A DNA stretch of 64,000 nt from Candidatus Omnitrophota bacterium (GTDB lineage Bacteria > Omnitrophota > Omnitrophia > Omnitrophales > Aquincolibacteriaceae): positions 56,385 to 120,384 of the forward strand of contig JAYTHE010000002.1 in assembly GCA_043732705.1 (NCBI GenBank), in the 5' to 3' direction. Position numbers and translations under genes: made by a program. A model generated the notes under the pieces. That model was not told the DNA's origin and did no database searches. It saw only the letters and a list, made by a program, of their open reading frames with translations. Positions 37,899-50,200 of the stretch are shown piece after piece (within the stretch, counting starts at the first letter, position 1; each line of letters opens with the position of its first letter).

Positions 37899-40409
37899 AT
37901 GAGAAAGCAAACGTTAAAAATAAATCAAATCCTCGCGGCATTTCAAATTGCAGGAATTGTTTTTTCACAGAATGTTTTTGCAGCCGATCTTATGCTGGTG
38001 AGCAATCAACCCGTAGCGGTTGTTTCGGCAACAACCGCCGCAACATCAACAGCTGCGGCGCCGATACCGGCTGACCCGCTCGCAGACCATCCGCTTTCCG
38101 CCGCAACTATGCCGCCGCTTCCTGCAGGTTATACACGCGCGGCATCGAATATCAATTTTGCGTTTCAGGTCAAGTCGACCGGAACGTATGGAAAAAGTCT
38201 TGTTCTGCGAGATTTAAGAACGAACGTTGAGCAGACATTGGCTGGTTATTCGATCGAGACTTACGGAGAAAATATTTTTAAAGTTTACGACGTTTCTCCT
38301 GACGGTCAATTTGTCGTGTTCGCCGACAAAAGCGGGGATGAAGCGCGGCTTCAGCGCATTGATAATCCTGCCAGTAAAATCAGTGTGAATATGGCGGGTA
38401 CAGGAGGATTAGGTGCGATTGAGTGGGCTGGAACAGGAAGCGCTTCCACTGTAATTTTGACCAATCTCGTCGGCAGTCAAAGTCAAAATGTCCTCGTCGG
38501 TAGTCAAAAGGTTACGGTTCTTCTTTCAACATTCACCGTCATACCTAACTTACCTGCGGGATATGTGCGCGCGGAATCGAATGTCAATTTTGCCTTTCAG
38601 GTCGACACTCTCAATACTTATTTGTACCGGTTGAAGTTAATGGACTTACGGACGGGACAAATTCAAATATTGGCGACATCGTCGCTGGAATCTTACGGCG
38701 ATAAAGTCTTTAAAGTCCGGGATGTTTCACCAAGCGGGGAATTTGTCGTGTTTGCGGACAAAGGCGGCAGCGAGGCGCGGCTTCAACGCATTGATAATCC
38801 TGCCAGTAAAATTAGTGTGAGTATGGCGGGTACAGGAGGATTAGGTGCGATTGAGTGGGCTGGAACAGGAAGCGCTTCCACTGTAATTTTGACCAATCTC
38901 ATCGGCAGTCAAAGTCAAAATGTCCTCGTCGGTAGTCAAAAGGTTACGGTTCTTCTTTCAACTTTCACGGTCATGCCTAATAATTTGATTCAGCCTTCTC
39001 AGACATTGTCGTCTTACAACATCCGGCCGTTGCCGACAGACGGCCGCGCTCAGGGAGATCAGCCTTTTCCGACCATAACAACCGTGGCGCCTGCAGGTGC
39101 AGTCGCAATATTGGGCCAAAATGCGCGCGGTATCCAGTCTTCTTATGAAACACGCAGCGCAGGGTGGGCGGGCGTGGGATTTACTTTTGATAATTTTTCA
39201 ACGACTGGAATCGAAACAGGAAATTTGTCAATTCTTTCTCAACTCACGTTCGGAGTAAGGGGGGATACTTCAACGATAAAATTAGAAGTTGTGGATTCGC
39301 TAGATCGAAAAGCAGTGATTCATCTTACGGGAATTCGCTCCGATATCGAAGGTGTATGGTCAATTCCTGTTTCGTCCTTGACGGGGATTGATCTTGGCAA
39401 GGTACGGATGATTTATTTCATCGTCGAAGGGGATAACAAGACCGGTGCTCTTTATATCAATCAGTACCCGCTTGGCTCGAGCTTTCCAAAGGTGTATCAA
39501 TCCTCAACGGAAATTACTGCGCTACCCGGGAATCCTGCCAATAACACAGTCATTCCCAATGGCGCGACTGCATCAATGACAGCCACAGGCCGCGGCGGTG
39601 TTCTGACTTATAATTCCGGTGCCCCGGGATGGGTGGGCGGAGGATTCAATTATGACAATTTTTCCACAACAGCGATTGAAACAGCGGATTTTAGTGTTTA
39701 TAAGCAATTAATCTTCGGACTTAAAGGCAGTCCTTTGCGGGTCAAGCTTGAATTCATTGACGACCAAAACAAAAAGGCAGACTTTTATTTGGAGCAAATA
39801 CGGACTGACCTTGAGAATGAATGGGCTGTTAGCACGGCCGATATCATTGCCGCCGGCGTGAATCTTCAAAAAATCAGGATGATTTATTTTATTATTGAAG
39901 GCGTGAATCAATCCGGAACGCTTGAGATTAATCGCATGCCCACAGTAATACAACCAAATATGGCGGCAAACATTCAAGCGTTGCCGGAAAGCCCCACACC
40001 GCGTGTTGTCAAAGTTGCGCCCGCGACGGGCACAATTGCGACCGTATCGACGCTTTCACGCGGCGCTCGGCTGGATTATCAGACCGGCACGCCGGGATGG
40101 GCAGGAGTTGGATTTACTTATGATGATCCGGCTACACCTGCAGTCGAAAGTGTGAATTTAAGCACTTTGCCTTATCTTGGATTTGGGATAAAAGGCAACG
40201 CCACCCAGGTCAAGCTGGAACTTGTAGATGCGGACGGCCGCAAGGCTTCCGTGAAGTTGACCGGCATTCGAAGTGATTTGGAACAGCGGTGGGCAATTTC
40301 GCTTTTACCTTTTGCGGCTTACGGGATCGATTTGACGCGAATCAGAACGCTGTACTTTATCGTGGAAGGCCAAAATCAAAACGGTATCCTCGATATTTAC
40401 CGGCTTTAA
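37899..40409 (+). CDS. Secreted repeat protein: two 144-aa repeats plus three CBM11/CIA30-like modules
   Basis: Signal peptide (VFA); three modules with GW.G.GF..D, L.FG..G, KLE..D, YFI.EG. Confidence 0.7.
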   Translation: MRKQTLKINQILAAFQIAGIVFSQNVFAADLMLVSNQPVAVVSATTAATSTAAAPIPADPLADHPLSAATMPPLPAGYTRAASNINFAFQVKSTGTYGKSLVLRDLRTNVEQTLAGYSIETYGENIFKVYDVSPDGQFVVFADKSGDEARLQRIDNPASKISVNMAGTGGLGAIEWAGTGSASTVILTNLVGSQSQNVLVGSQKVTVLLSTFTVIPNLPAGYVRAESNVNFAFQVDTLNTYLYRLKLMDLRTGQIQILATSSLESYGDKVFKVRDVSPSGEFVVFADKGGSEARLQRIDNPASKISVSMAGTGGLGAIEWAGTGSASTVILTNLIGSQSQNVLVGSQKVTVLLSTFTVMPNNLIQPSQTLSSYNIRPLPTDGRAQGDQPFPTITTVAPAGAVAILGQNARGIQSSYETRSAGWAGVGFTFDNFSTTGIETGNLSILSQLTFGVRGDTSTIKLEVVDSLDRKAVIHLTGIRSDIEGVWSIPVSSLTGIDLGKVRMIYFIVEGDNKTGALYINQYPLGSSFPKVYQSSTEITALPGNPANNTVIPNGATASMTATGRGGVLTYNSGAPGWVGGGFNYDNFSTTAIETADFSVYKQLIFGLKGSPLRVKLEFIDDQNKKADFYLEQIRTDLENEWAVSTADIIAAGVNLQKIRMIYFIIEGVNQSGTLEINRMPTVIQPNMAANIQALPESPTPRVVKVAPATGTIATVSTLSRGARLDYQTGTPGWAGVGFTYDDPATPAVESVNLSTLPYLGFGIKGNATQVKLELVDADGRKASVKLTGIRSDLEQRWAISLLPFAAYGIDLTRIRTLYFIVEGQNQNGILDIYRL
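38355..38962 (+). repeat. Near-identical 176-bp intragenic direct repeat (38355-38530 and 38787-38962)
   Basis: Period 432 nt (144 codons); about 3 mismatches. Confidence 0.9.
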
Positions 40410-40436
40410 AATAAGAAGATCCAAAAAGGAGAGACT

Positions 40437-41105
40437 TTGAAAAGAGCTTCTCGAATTTTATTCGGCGTATTTTTATTGAGCATCTTTGCTTTTGTGCCAT
40501 TAGGCGGGTGCGAAGAATTTAAAAAAGAACCGTCCGACTTTTACACATTAGATGTTTCCCACAAATATCAACCGCATTTTCAAAGTCCTCAAAAATATAC
40601 AGCGGAGGACATGCGATTTTTAGCACACGAAGTTTTAATCAAGATGAAGCAAATATTAGGGGTCGAATTTGACCGCGGAAATCCGGCTCATGTCCGTGAG
40701 CTTGCCGAATTTTTTAAATTACTTCCCAATGAGGAGCTGGATATTTATTCCACGCCTATGTCGGATTCTGACATTTTGTATTTTGTGGATTCCGAACAAT
40801 TTGGGACCAAAGAATTGTATCCTCAAAACGCGCAGCAGCTTGTCGTGCGGTTTTATTGGGAGGGGCTGGCCCGCATAGCTGCCGAACATTACAAATTAAG
40901 AGTGGTGGATAACAAATCCGCTGTGAAGCCGCGCATGTCGCGCGGTAAGGTAAGCGATATGGCAACTACAGCGATGTTCGAGAAGCGGCCCGGCATAAGT
41001 ATTGCGCAGGCTGCCAAAGAAAATAAGGAACGATATGATTTTGGCAGGCTCATTAAACATCTTCACGAGAAAGGATTGCCTCGCGCCAACAAACGAAGCA
41101 GTTAG
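40437..41105 (+). CDS. Hypothetical exported protein, possibly a lipoprotein
   Basis: AGGAG SD plus TTG start; hydrophobic N-terminus ending LGGC. Confidence 0.6.
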   Translation: MKRASRILFGVFLLSIFAFVPLGGCEEFKKEPSDFYTLDVSHKYQPHFQSPQKYTAEDMRFLAHEVLIKMKQILGVEFDRGNPAHVRELAEFFKLLPNEELDIYSTPMSDSDILYFVDSEQFGTKELYPQNAQQLVVRFYWEGLARIAAEHYKLRVVDNKSAVKPRMSRGKVSDMATTAMFEKRPGISIAQAAKENKERYDFGRLIKHLHEKGLPRANKRSS

Positions 41106-41179
41106 GATGGTAATTTTAAGACAGCCGCTTGATGATGACCCGCAAGATCAAGCATTTCACAACCCGAAAGAGTCTTCCA

Positions 41180-41209
41180 TTGACCGGGAACACCATTGCT
41201 ATGTATTGT
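41180..41209 (+). promoter_or_regulatory. Possible promoter of the giant gene
   Basis: TTGACC-18-TATTGT. Confidence 0.35.
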
Positions 41210-41260
41210 TATAAACTGCACGAGAGAGACATTTTTTAAATAATTTATTTTTCCGAAAAT

Positions 41261-44200
41261 TTGATTTTTGAAAAAGATCAGTTACGTTTCCTTAAAGTTG
41301 TTTCATCTAAGAAAAAGGAATCGATCGTGCTATCCCAAAATCATTTTTTTTATTCTGCGCGTTTGCGCCGTGTTATAGCTTTTTTTCTTGTGATAGTGTT
41401 TCTTTTTTCTGACTACGCTTTTCTTCCTGCGAGCTTTGCACAAACCCTGCGTGCAACGGGTGCTGGCAATTTGTCCGCTTCGAATTTCGTTCCAATGAAA
41501 CTGGCTTTTTCTGAATCGTGGGGAAAGGTTGACGAAACGTTTAAGGGAGCTTCACAGAAAACATTAATTTTGATTCAGGACGCGCATGATTCGCTTGAAG
41601 CTCAGGAAAATATTGCGCATCTTGTTGATTATTTTGTCCGCGAGAAAAAAGTTCATACCGTTTACGAAGAAGGGCTAGAAGGCAAAGTTCCCACCGACGA
41701 TTATTTCGGTTTTATCCGCAACTCGGATGTGAAGCGCGAAGTCGCTTATTATTTAATGGATCATTTGCGTGTCGGTGGTGCTGAGTATGCGCATATTAAT
41801 CGTCACCGGCCGTTTAATTTGGTCGGAATCGATAATCATAAACTGCATGAACAAAACTTGTTCTGGTTTCGACGTGTTTTTCAAAATAGCGATGTTATTC
41901 AAAACGACTTGCGATTGCTTAAAAAACGCCTTCAAAAAATCGCCGATAAAAAATTAAACAAAAAAATAAAGAGCTGGCTCAAAGGTTATGAGCGTTATCA
42001 TCGCGGCGAAATGGCTTTTTATGATTTTCTGCGCCCCAGTGTCGATGCGCTCGGCAAGCAGCCTTTTCCGTCCAAACAGTTTCCTCAAATTCAAATCCTG
42101 CGGGAACCTTCCGATTTAGCGCAAATCAAAACACCGGAACTTTTTAAAGAAGTCGAAAGCTTTGATTCCTGGATGCTCGAAGCTTTGGGCCATAATGCTG
42201 ATGAAAAAGAACTTTTACGGCTTTTTCGACAAGTTATGCTTTTCGAAAAACTCAGCACTTTTAAGCTGACGCCCCATGAATTTAAATGGGCGCAGGAAGT
42301 TCTCAGGTCATTCAACACGCAAGCCGCCGCCAAATTTATCCACCGTGCATCTAATCAATCCGTTGTGCTTTCGACGGTTTGGGAATCTTATTTGCGCGAC
42401 GCATTACAGTTTTATGAAACGGCCTATGCGCGTGATGAGGCCGTCGAGCAAAATCTTGCGAACGGTTTTTTGAATGACAAAGAAAATGAAGCCGTGCTCG
42501 TCTTCGGCGGATTTCATAAAGATGCCATCAAAAATATTTTGCAGAGGCACGGGATTTCTTATGCTGTAATCAGTCCTAAGATCTCGGGAGTTTCGAAAAG
42601 GCATCAGGCCTATTATCAGGAAATTATGGCACATGGATATTTGAAATCAGAACTTCCGCAAGCCTTGGCGCGTGCGACGGTTCAAAACCATGTTTTTCAA
42701 ATTACTTCCCGCGAAGGTTTTCCCGCATATTTACGAAGAGTTCTGCCCCCACGTCTGTCTTCTTTGCTGCCTTTGACAATCGCACGTTCTGAACAACGCG
42801 ATAACGGTATCGAACGTGTGGACTACCCTGACTCCCATTTGCGCATTGCCATGGCGCAAATCAATACAACCGTCGGAGATTTTGAAGGCAATTATCGTAA
42901 AGCTTTAGCATCGTATGAAAAGGCGCGCACTCAAGATGTGGATGTGCTTGTTCTGCCCGAGCTAACTATTTCCGGTTATTTGCCGGAAGACTTGGTCAAT
43001 AAAGAACATTTTGTGCGCCAAAACAAAGAAACATTGCATTTGTTTGCGAAACAGATTCAAGACATGACGGTGGTGATCGGATTTATTGATTCCGATGATC
43101 AGGGTAATTTGTATAACGCCGCCGCGGTGATCTCAGACGGTGAAGTCAAACATGTTTATCATAAATGGGATTTGCCGAATTACGGCGTGTTTGACGAAAA
43201 ACGAAATTTTACCGGCAAAGAAACAACGATTTTCACTCCCGGACACACGCCATTTGTTTTTACGGTTAAAGGTTTGCCGGTGGGCCTTAATATTTGTGAA
43301 GACATATGGAATGACCGCGGTCGCGGACTCAATGTGTATGAAGAAGAAGCCAAGTTGGGCGCAAAATTACAAATCAATATTTCAGCGTCTCCTTTTCATG
43401 AACAAAAACTGGATCAAGTCCGCTTAGATTTGTTGCGAAAAAGAGCCGCGCAAACAGGTTCCATTATTCTTTATGCGAATTTGGTGGGGGGACAAGATGA
43501 GGTTGTTTTCGACGGTGGCAGCATGATTATGACTCCGCAAGGAGAGTTGACTGCGCGTGGAGCCCAGTTTCAAGAAGACCTCGTTATTACGGACGTTGAT
43601 TTAAGCCGTTCGAATAATCAGCCTCATGCGGATGCGCTTTTCCCCGCAATGAGCCCGTCGCAAAACAGCAGCCGTAAGGTTCCGCTCGAAAAACGTGAAT
43701 TAACACCGCCGCTTTCGGCAATTGCGGAAGATTACGAAGCGATGGTTCTCGCGACGCGTGATTATTTAAGAAAAAGTGGTTTCAAAACAGTGGTTTTGGG
43801 TTTGAGTGGCGGAATTGATTCGGCGGTTGTCGCTGCCATTGCACGTGATGCGATTGGTGCTGAAAATGTGAAAGGCATTTCGATGCCGACACAATTTAAT
43901 AGTGAAGGCACGAAAAGCGATGCGCGCATAACCGCCGAAAAGCTTGGGATTAAATTTGAAGAGAATCCGATTCAGAACTTGTTTAGCCTGTTTCTAAGCA
44001 CGGTCGAAGGTAACGCCAAGACAGGCTTTGTGGCGACATTTTATGCCTTTTTACGCTGGTTTTCTATGATGCCCAAATTTGGACATTGGTTTCAACGTTT
44101 TTCCCTCGTCGGTTTTTCAGCGTTCGGAATTTCAGAAGAAAATATGCAAGCTCGCATTCGGGGCATGATGTTAATGCGTGAATCCAACAAAAATGGCTCG

Positions 44201-47200
44201 TTGCTTTTGACCACCGGCAATAAAAGTGAAACGGCAGTGGGTTATGCAACTTTATATGGAGATATGGCAGGCGGATTTGCACCGATTAAAGATGCCTATA
44301 AAACTAGAGTATTTGATTTTGCACGGTATGTGAATCAGCGCGATGCTAGAGAAGTGATCCCTGTGAGCACAATTGACAGACCGCCTTCCGCGGAATTAAA
44401 CAAAGACCAAAAAGATGAAGATGCGCTGCCGCCTTATGTGACGGAGCTTGATCCGATGCTCAAGCTTTATCTTGAAAAAAATGCCCCGGCTGAAGATTTG
44501 GCAGTTGTTGCCGGAATGAAACAGGCTTTAACAGAGAAGGGCATTTATTCGGAGGAGAAACATCGGCTTTTTGCGGACGAAGTTTTCACAACGGGCAATT
44601 TGATCCAGGCGCTTGCGAAACTTCGGGCGCAGCTTGGCAACCCCAATGACGAGCCCTTTTCCAGTCTTAAGGAAAGAGCCGCAGAATTAGGCTCCAAAAA
44701 AGCGCATGATGTGATTCGCCGCGTTGATTTAAATGAATATAAACGTCGGCAGGGACCTCCGGGAGTTAAATTAACACCGACCGCCTTTGGTAAAGACCGG
44801 CGCATGCCCATCGTGAATACTTATCGTCAAAGAGGGGTTGAAGATTTTTTACGCCGTGATGGCGCACCCCGAGCTGTAACAGTTAAAAAAGAAGACGCCG
44901 CGCTGATTGTCGGAAAATTCGCGCCTTTTCATAACGGCCATGAATCTTTGATTAGGCAGGCATTAAATGAAAATGAAAAAGTAGTTGTTTTGGTTTATGA
45001 CCATCCCGAATTAATTAATATTTCCGCCACTGAAATGGCTGAAATGATTACAAAAATTATTAACAACGAGCGTTTGACGGTCATTCCTGTTTATGGCGCC
45101 CCTCCGGCCGGAGATTCCCGGGAAGCACGTCAAGCGCATCTTGATTTCATGAAACGGCAATTGCCGCCCAATATTCATGTTACCAAGGTTTATAACAATG
45201 AATGGTATGGCAAAGATATTGCGAATGGATTAAATGCGGAAATTATTCAACCCGATCCTAAAAGAACGCAGATTGGTATTTCTGCAAAAAAAATCCGTCA
45301 AGATCCCACTTCGCTTGCGGAAGCCCATGTGCATCCGGATATGTGGGAGCGATTGCAAAAATCAGGAACTAAAATGTGGGCGGTTCCGGATCAGGAAAGG
45401 CTTTACCGTGAAGGCATGGATGCAAGTTTTGTTGATCGGTCCATGGACGAAGCTGAGAAGGTAAGAATCCGCGCAAGTATTGAGGCTAAAAATCCAGGCT
45501 ATGCAGATAAGGCTAAGCTTTTCGCACCCGTCAAATGGGATCCGGCAACGTACGAAAGTGAAAACCTTCCTTCAGTTGTTGGCAATCTGAGAGATCACGC
45601 CACATTCAGCCAGCAACGCGGTGTGCGTATTTTGGATTTATTAATCCGCGATCCTAAAAAAGGCTGGGCCATTCCGAAAGTTCTTGAGCCTTTCCGCGAA
45701 GCGATTCAAATGGCGGTGGAACATGAACGCGCGATCAACCCTGATTTTGATGAATTGCATGTTTACGTGACGATTGACCAAAAGAAAGTCGAGCCGGATA
45801 AATTTCAACGCCGTCCCGGCGGGCATGCCGATGCTTTTCCGACGAAAGAAACCAACAACATTTCATCGGAGCTTGTTTTGGATGACACCTACATCATGTC
45901 GGACCGGCCTGAAATTTCGACATGGCTCATGCCCGGACCTTTTCCGGTCAAGGATGTTGATTTGAATGATGATGAAGCCGTTTTGAAGCGTTTTGATGAG
46001 GTCGGACAAAAGCAAATCGCAGCCGGCAAAGCAAAGCAAATGCCCGCGTTTCAAATGATTCGCATGACGCCCTATGACATTCATGCGGTTGCGCAAAATA
46101 AGACAGGCCATCCGATTGAACGTACCTTTATCAAGGTGCAATTCAGCCGCGACCGTTTGAACATGATGGGCAATACCTTGAACCGCGTTGAAGATAAAAA
46201 GGGCACGCCTGTTTTTGATTATTCGGATTGGACATGGATTCCCCGCAAACAGGGGGTGCGTAATAACCGTAACAGTATTCTTGGTTGGAATCGCGCGGAT
46301 GCGGATCAATTTCTTGAAGTGGATCCTTCCAAAATTGATTTTAATCAGGGTAAAGTGGCTTTTGATTGGGCTGAGCCTGAAGTTTTATTTATTAAAAAAA
46401 TTGAGGGCGTGCATGCCGAGCCCGCGATTGAGGGCGAAGTTTTAGAGACAAAGGTCAATGGGGATATCGTCACTTTCAATATCGCGCAAAAAGGCGACCG
46501 AAAAATTACCACGAGCCAGGGCGATCAATATTTTTTAAGCGATGAAAAATTTAGAGACCGTTACTTTGCGGATGAAGGCAAAGACGGTTTTTATCAGCCG
46601 CAAGCGCAGGTTGCGCGAGCTATTCGTATTATAAAACCGATTCGTATTCGCTCTTCTTGGGGTGCCTGGCAATATTTGTCTGTGGGCAGTGTTCTCGTTA
46701 GTACACACGCCGATCATGCTTACGGCATTCATAAAGATAATTATGAAGCGTCTTATCGCCGCACCGATGCTGAAGGCAATTTTCTGAGTGAACAATTATT
46801 GAATCCTGATCAGGTTGTTTCAGCAGATGTTTCGCCGGCTCTTAAAGGACAAATCGAGAGTCTTAATCCTGCTCATTCAACAGATAATCTTTTTGGTGTG
46901 GCCAAATGGGATGTCGCCGGATTCAATGAACCGCATTTACCGGTAGTCATCAGCGACACACTTTCAAATCGTGACAATGTCAGCTATTTTGAAGGTGACA
47001 CAGGTATACGCTACTTGGACCTTTTAATTTATGCCCCCGGCCAGGGGTGGGCCATTCCAAAAAATTTGGAACCGTTTATAGAACCGATTCGTTTAGCTTA
47101 TGAAGCAGAACGTTTAGCGAACCCTGCTTTTAAAGAACGGTTCATTCATATTACCGTTGATCAAAAAACAGTGCCAATAGACAAGCCCGGGCGCAGACCA

Positions 47201-50200
47201 GGATTGCATGCGGATGCCGGTTTGAAAGATGCGAATGGCCGTTCAATCGATGTGCTGGCTGAAAATCGCAGAGAGATTGAAGCGATGCGCGGCAAGTCGT
47301 CGGATCATGCGTATGTTTTTTATGATAAATTACCGACGGAATTTTATCCCGGGCCTTTTCATTTGGAACAAGCCGCTGACGGCGCCACTTTTGAATCTTT
47401 GGTTCCTCCCGGACAAACGCCCGTTACTTATCCGAAATTTACTTTGCTGCGGCTGAATGCTTTTGATGTACACACATCCACAATCAATCAAACCGGTGAG
47501 TCACAAAAACGGACATTTTTTAAACTTCAATTTACCGAACGCCTTTTGGACCGCCCAAATAATTCAATCAATTCCTTTTTGAATTATGACCGTGCCCGCG
47601 CGGTTTCAGTACAGCGCTCCGAACAGCGTTCAAACATGAGCCGTGAGGATGCGCTCGCGAATATTGCGAGATTGAATGCTGCGCGTCCAAAGGGTTACCC
47701 GGAAAGAAGCTTGAATCTTACCAAGCCTTATACTGCGCCGATTGTTTATAAAAATGCGCGTTCGAAGAAAAATCCTTATGGTTGGGCGCATCCTGATTTA
47801 AGCGACTCAAAAATTTCCGCGGCTGATAGACACCGTGCAATTGAAACATTGCGTGCCCATATTATGCGTTTTGATGAGCAGTTTGATCTAAGAACCGATT
47901 TTGATCCGGAAACGGGTTTGCCGGTTAACGATGCTGAAACCGGCTTGAACGGCAGAGGATCACTTGGGCGACATGGACCCAATCCGGCTGAAGATGCGAT
48001 TTTTTTGCGTTATAACAAAGCGGGTGAGTTGGAGGTTTTGGTGATTGAAAGAAATGACGGCGGCGGCCGGGCTTTGCCGGGCGGCATGATCAAGGAAGGG
48101 GAAGAAAATTTAGTCGGTGTGACATCAACTCGAGAATTAGAAGAAGAAACTAAGCTTCAAATTGATATGACGAAAGGTGTGGTTGTTTTTCGCGGGAAAG
48201 CGAATGAATGGCGCGATACCAATGATGCATGGATGGTGACACGAGGTGTGGCAGTTTTGCTTTCATGGGAAGAGTCCCAGCATTTAAAACCGCACGCAGG
48301 AAGTGACGCCAAGAAAAAGACTGCGCGCTTTGTTAAAGTTACCGACAATATGGGGCTTTACGCGCATCATCAAATTAATGTGAATAATGCCGTTGCGATG
48401 GTGAGAAATGGACAGCTTCAAACTTCAGATGAGGCTATCAACAAAAATATACCGGCTGTAGATATCACCATTACAGACATTGAAGAGGCCTATGAATTAT
48501 TCAAGGCGGGCAAAGGAAAAGTGTCAGAAAGTTACGATTTAATTGTGCCCGAAACTCCGCATGGCGGGGGCTATGCCGTTTTCGCGGGGCTTGAAGAAAC
48601 ACTTTCTTCAATTCGCCGCCGTCGATTTACACCTGATCACATCGCGGCTTTGCGCAAAATGGAAACTTTTTCAGAAGACTTTTTAAAATTTTTACAGCAA
48701 TTTACATTTGAAGGCGATTTGGATGCTTTGCCGGAAGGATCGGTTGTTTCACCGAAAATTCCTTTAATGCGTATTCAAGCCACGCCCGTGGAAATGGCGC
48801 TTTTAAAAGGTTTGATTCAAAACCGAATTGGTTTTAGTACGAATATTGCGACAAAGACTGCCCGAATTACTCAAGCGGCTAATGGTGATTTCGTGACTCC
48901 CGAGGCAATGGAACGTTTGCGCAAGAAAGACGGACTCGCTCCCGAGCAAGTCAAAAAAATACGCCCCGTTTCGGATTTTGGTCAGCGTCGAGGGCAGGGT
49001 AAAGGTTCGCTTGTCGCATCCCTCGCGGCAATTATTGGCGGAGCTATTTCGACTTCGTTTGTAAAAGCGGCAAAGCAGTTTTTCTTGAATGCAAGCGGAA
49101 CGATGGCGCATCTTTTTATCTCGTCTTTTCCGGCAAAATTAGAAATTATGGCTTTTCGTATTTGGGGAAAAATTTATCCGAAGACCTCTATTTTCCTGCT
49201 CGACACCTATGATTCAATTGAAGCGACAAAAAAAGCAATTATTGTCGCAAAAGAAATGGTCTTAAACGGAGGGCAGCTTTTTGGCGTTCGCTTAGATAGC
49301 GGCGATTTAGTGGTGCTATCGCGCACGATTCGAAAAATGCTGGATGATGCCGACCTTCACTATGTCAAAATTTTCGCGACGGATGATTTGGATGAATTTA
49401 AAATTACCGACATTTTATCAAAAGGCGCGCGCATTGACGGATTTGGCGTTGGCACGAATTTAATCACGGGCGGTAAACAAGCTACCTTAAAGTTGGAGTT
49501 TGTTCCATCTCATGGCGAGCGTTATTGGCGCGCGCGGCATCAAGGGCAATTTACGCGTTATGTGCGCACTGACAGAGACCGCGTGGCGCATGCGAGCTAT
49601 GGTGAAGAAATGACGGAGTTGCTCCGCCCCTTTTGGCGCAAGGGCCAACGTGTTCAAGATGCTAAAAAGCCCTGGAAAGCGCATGAGCGTGCAATTGATG
49701 AGCTTAGGCAATTTAAGCCCGAAAATAAAAAATTAGAAAACGCAGCCACGATTCCCGTTGAAGACCAAAAAAATCCTTTGACGATTAACCCCGAAACAGA
49801 TGCCATTATTTCGATTGACGCCACAAAAGCATTTATGAAAAAGGGTGGTTTGCCGGTGAAAGATGGCGACGATGTTGTTGCGCCCATCAAATTGCTCTTA
49901 CGGCGCTTTCCGAAAAATCGGCGTTTTGCGGCTGTAGACAAACATCCGCGTGGACATATATCTTGGGCAAGCTCTTTTGTCGGAACTCCACCCATGACTT
50001 ATTTAACTTATGAAGAGGTTGAAAAGTGGACGGATGCAAATCATAAAATTGGGCCGAATGCTAAATTTGACTTAGCGCAGCTTAAAGAAAAACTTAAAAG
50101 AATTGGCGGGCAAATGCTATGGCCCGATCACGCTGGAGAAAACACTCCGGAGTCGGAGCTGCATCCTGATTTTCTGGAAAGCGATTTTGAATATATTGAA

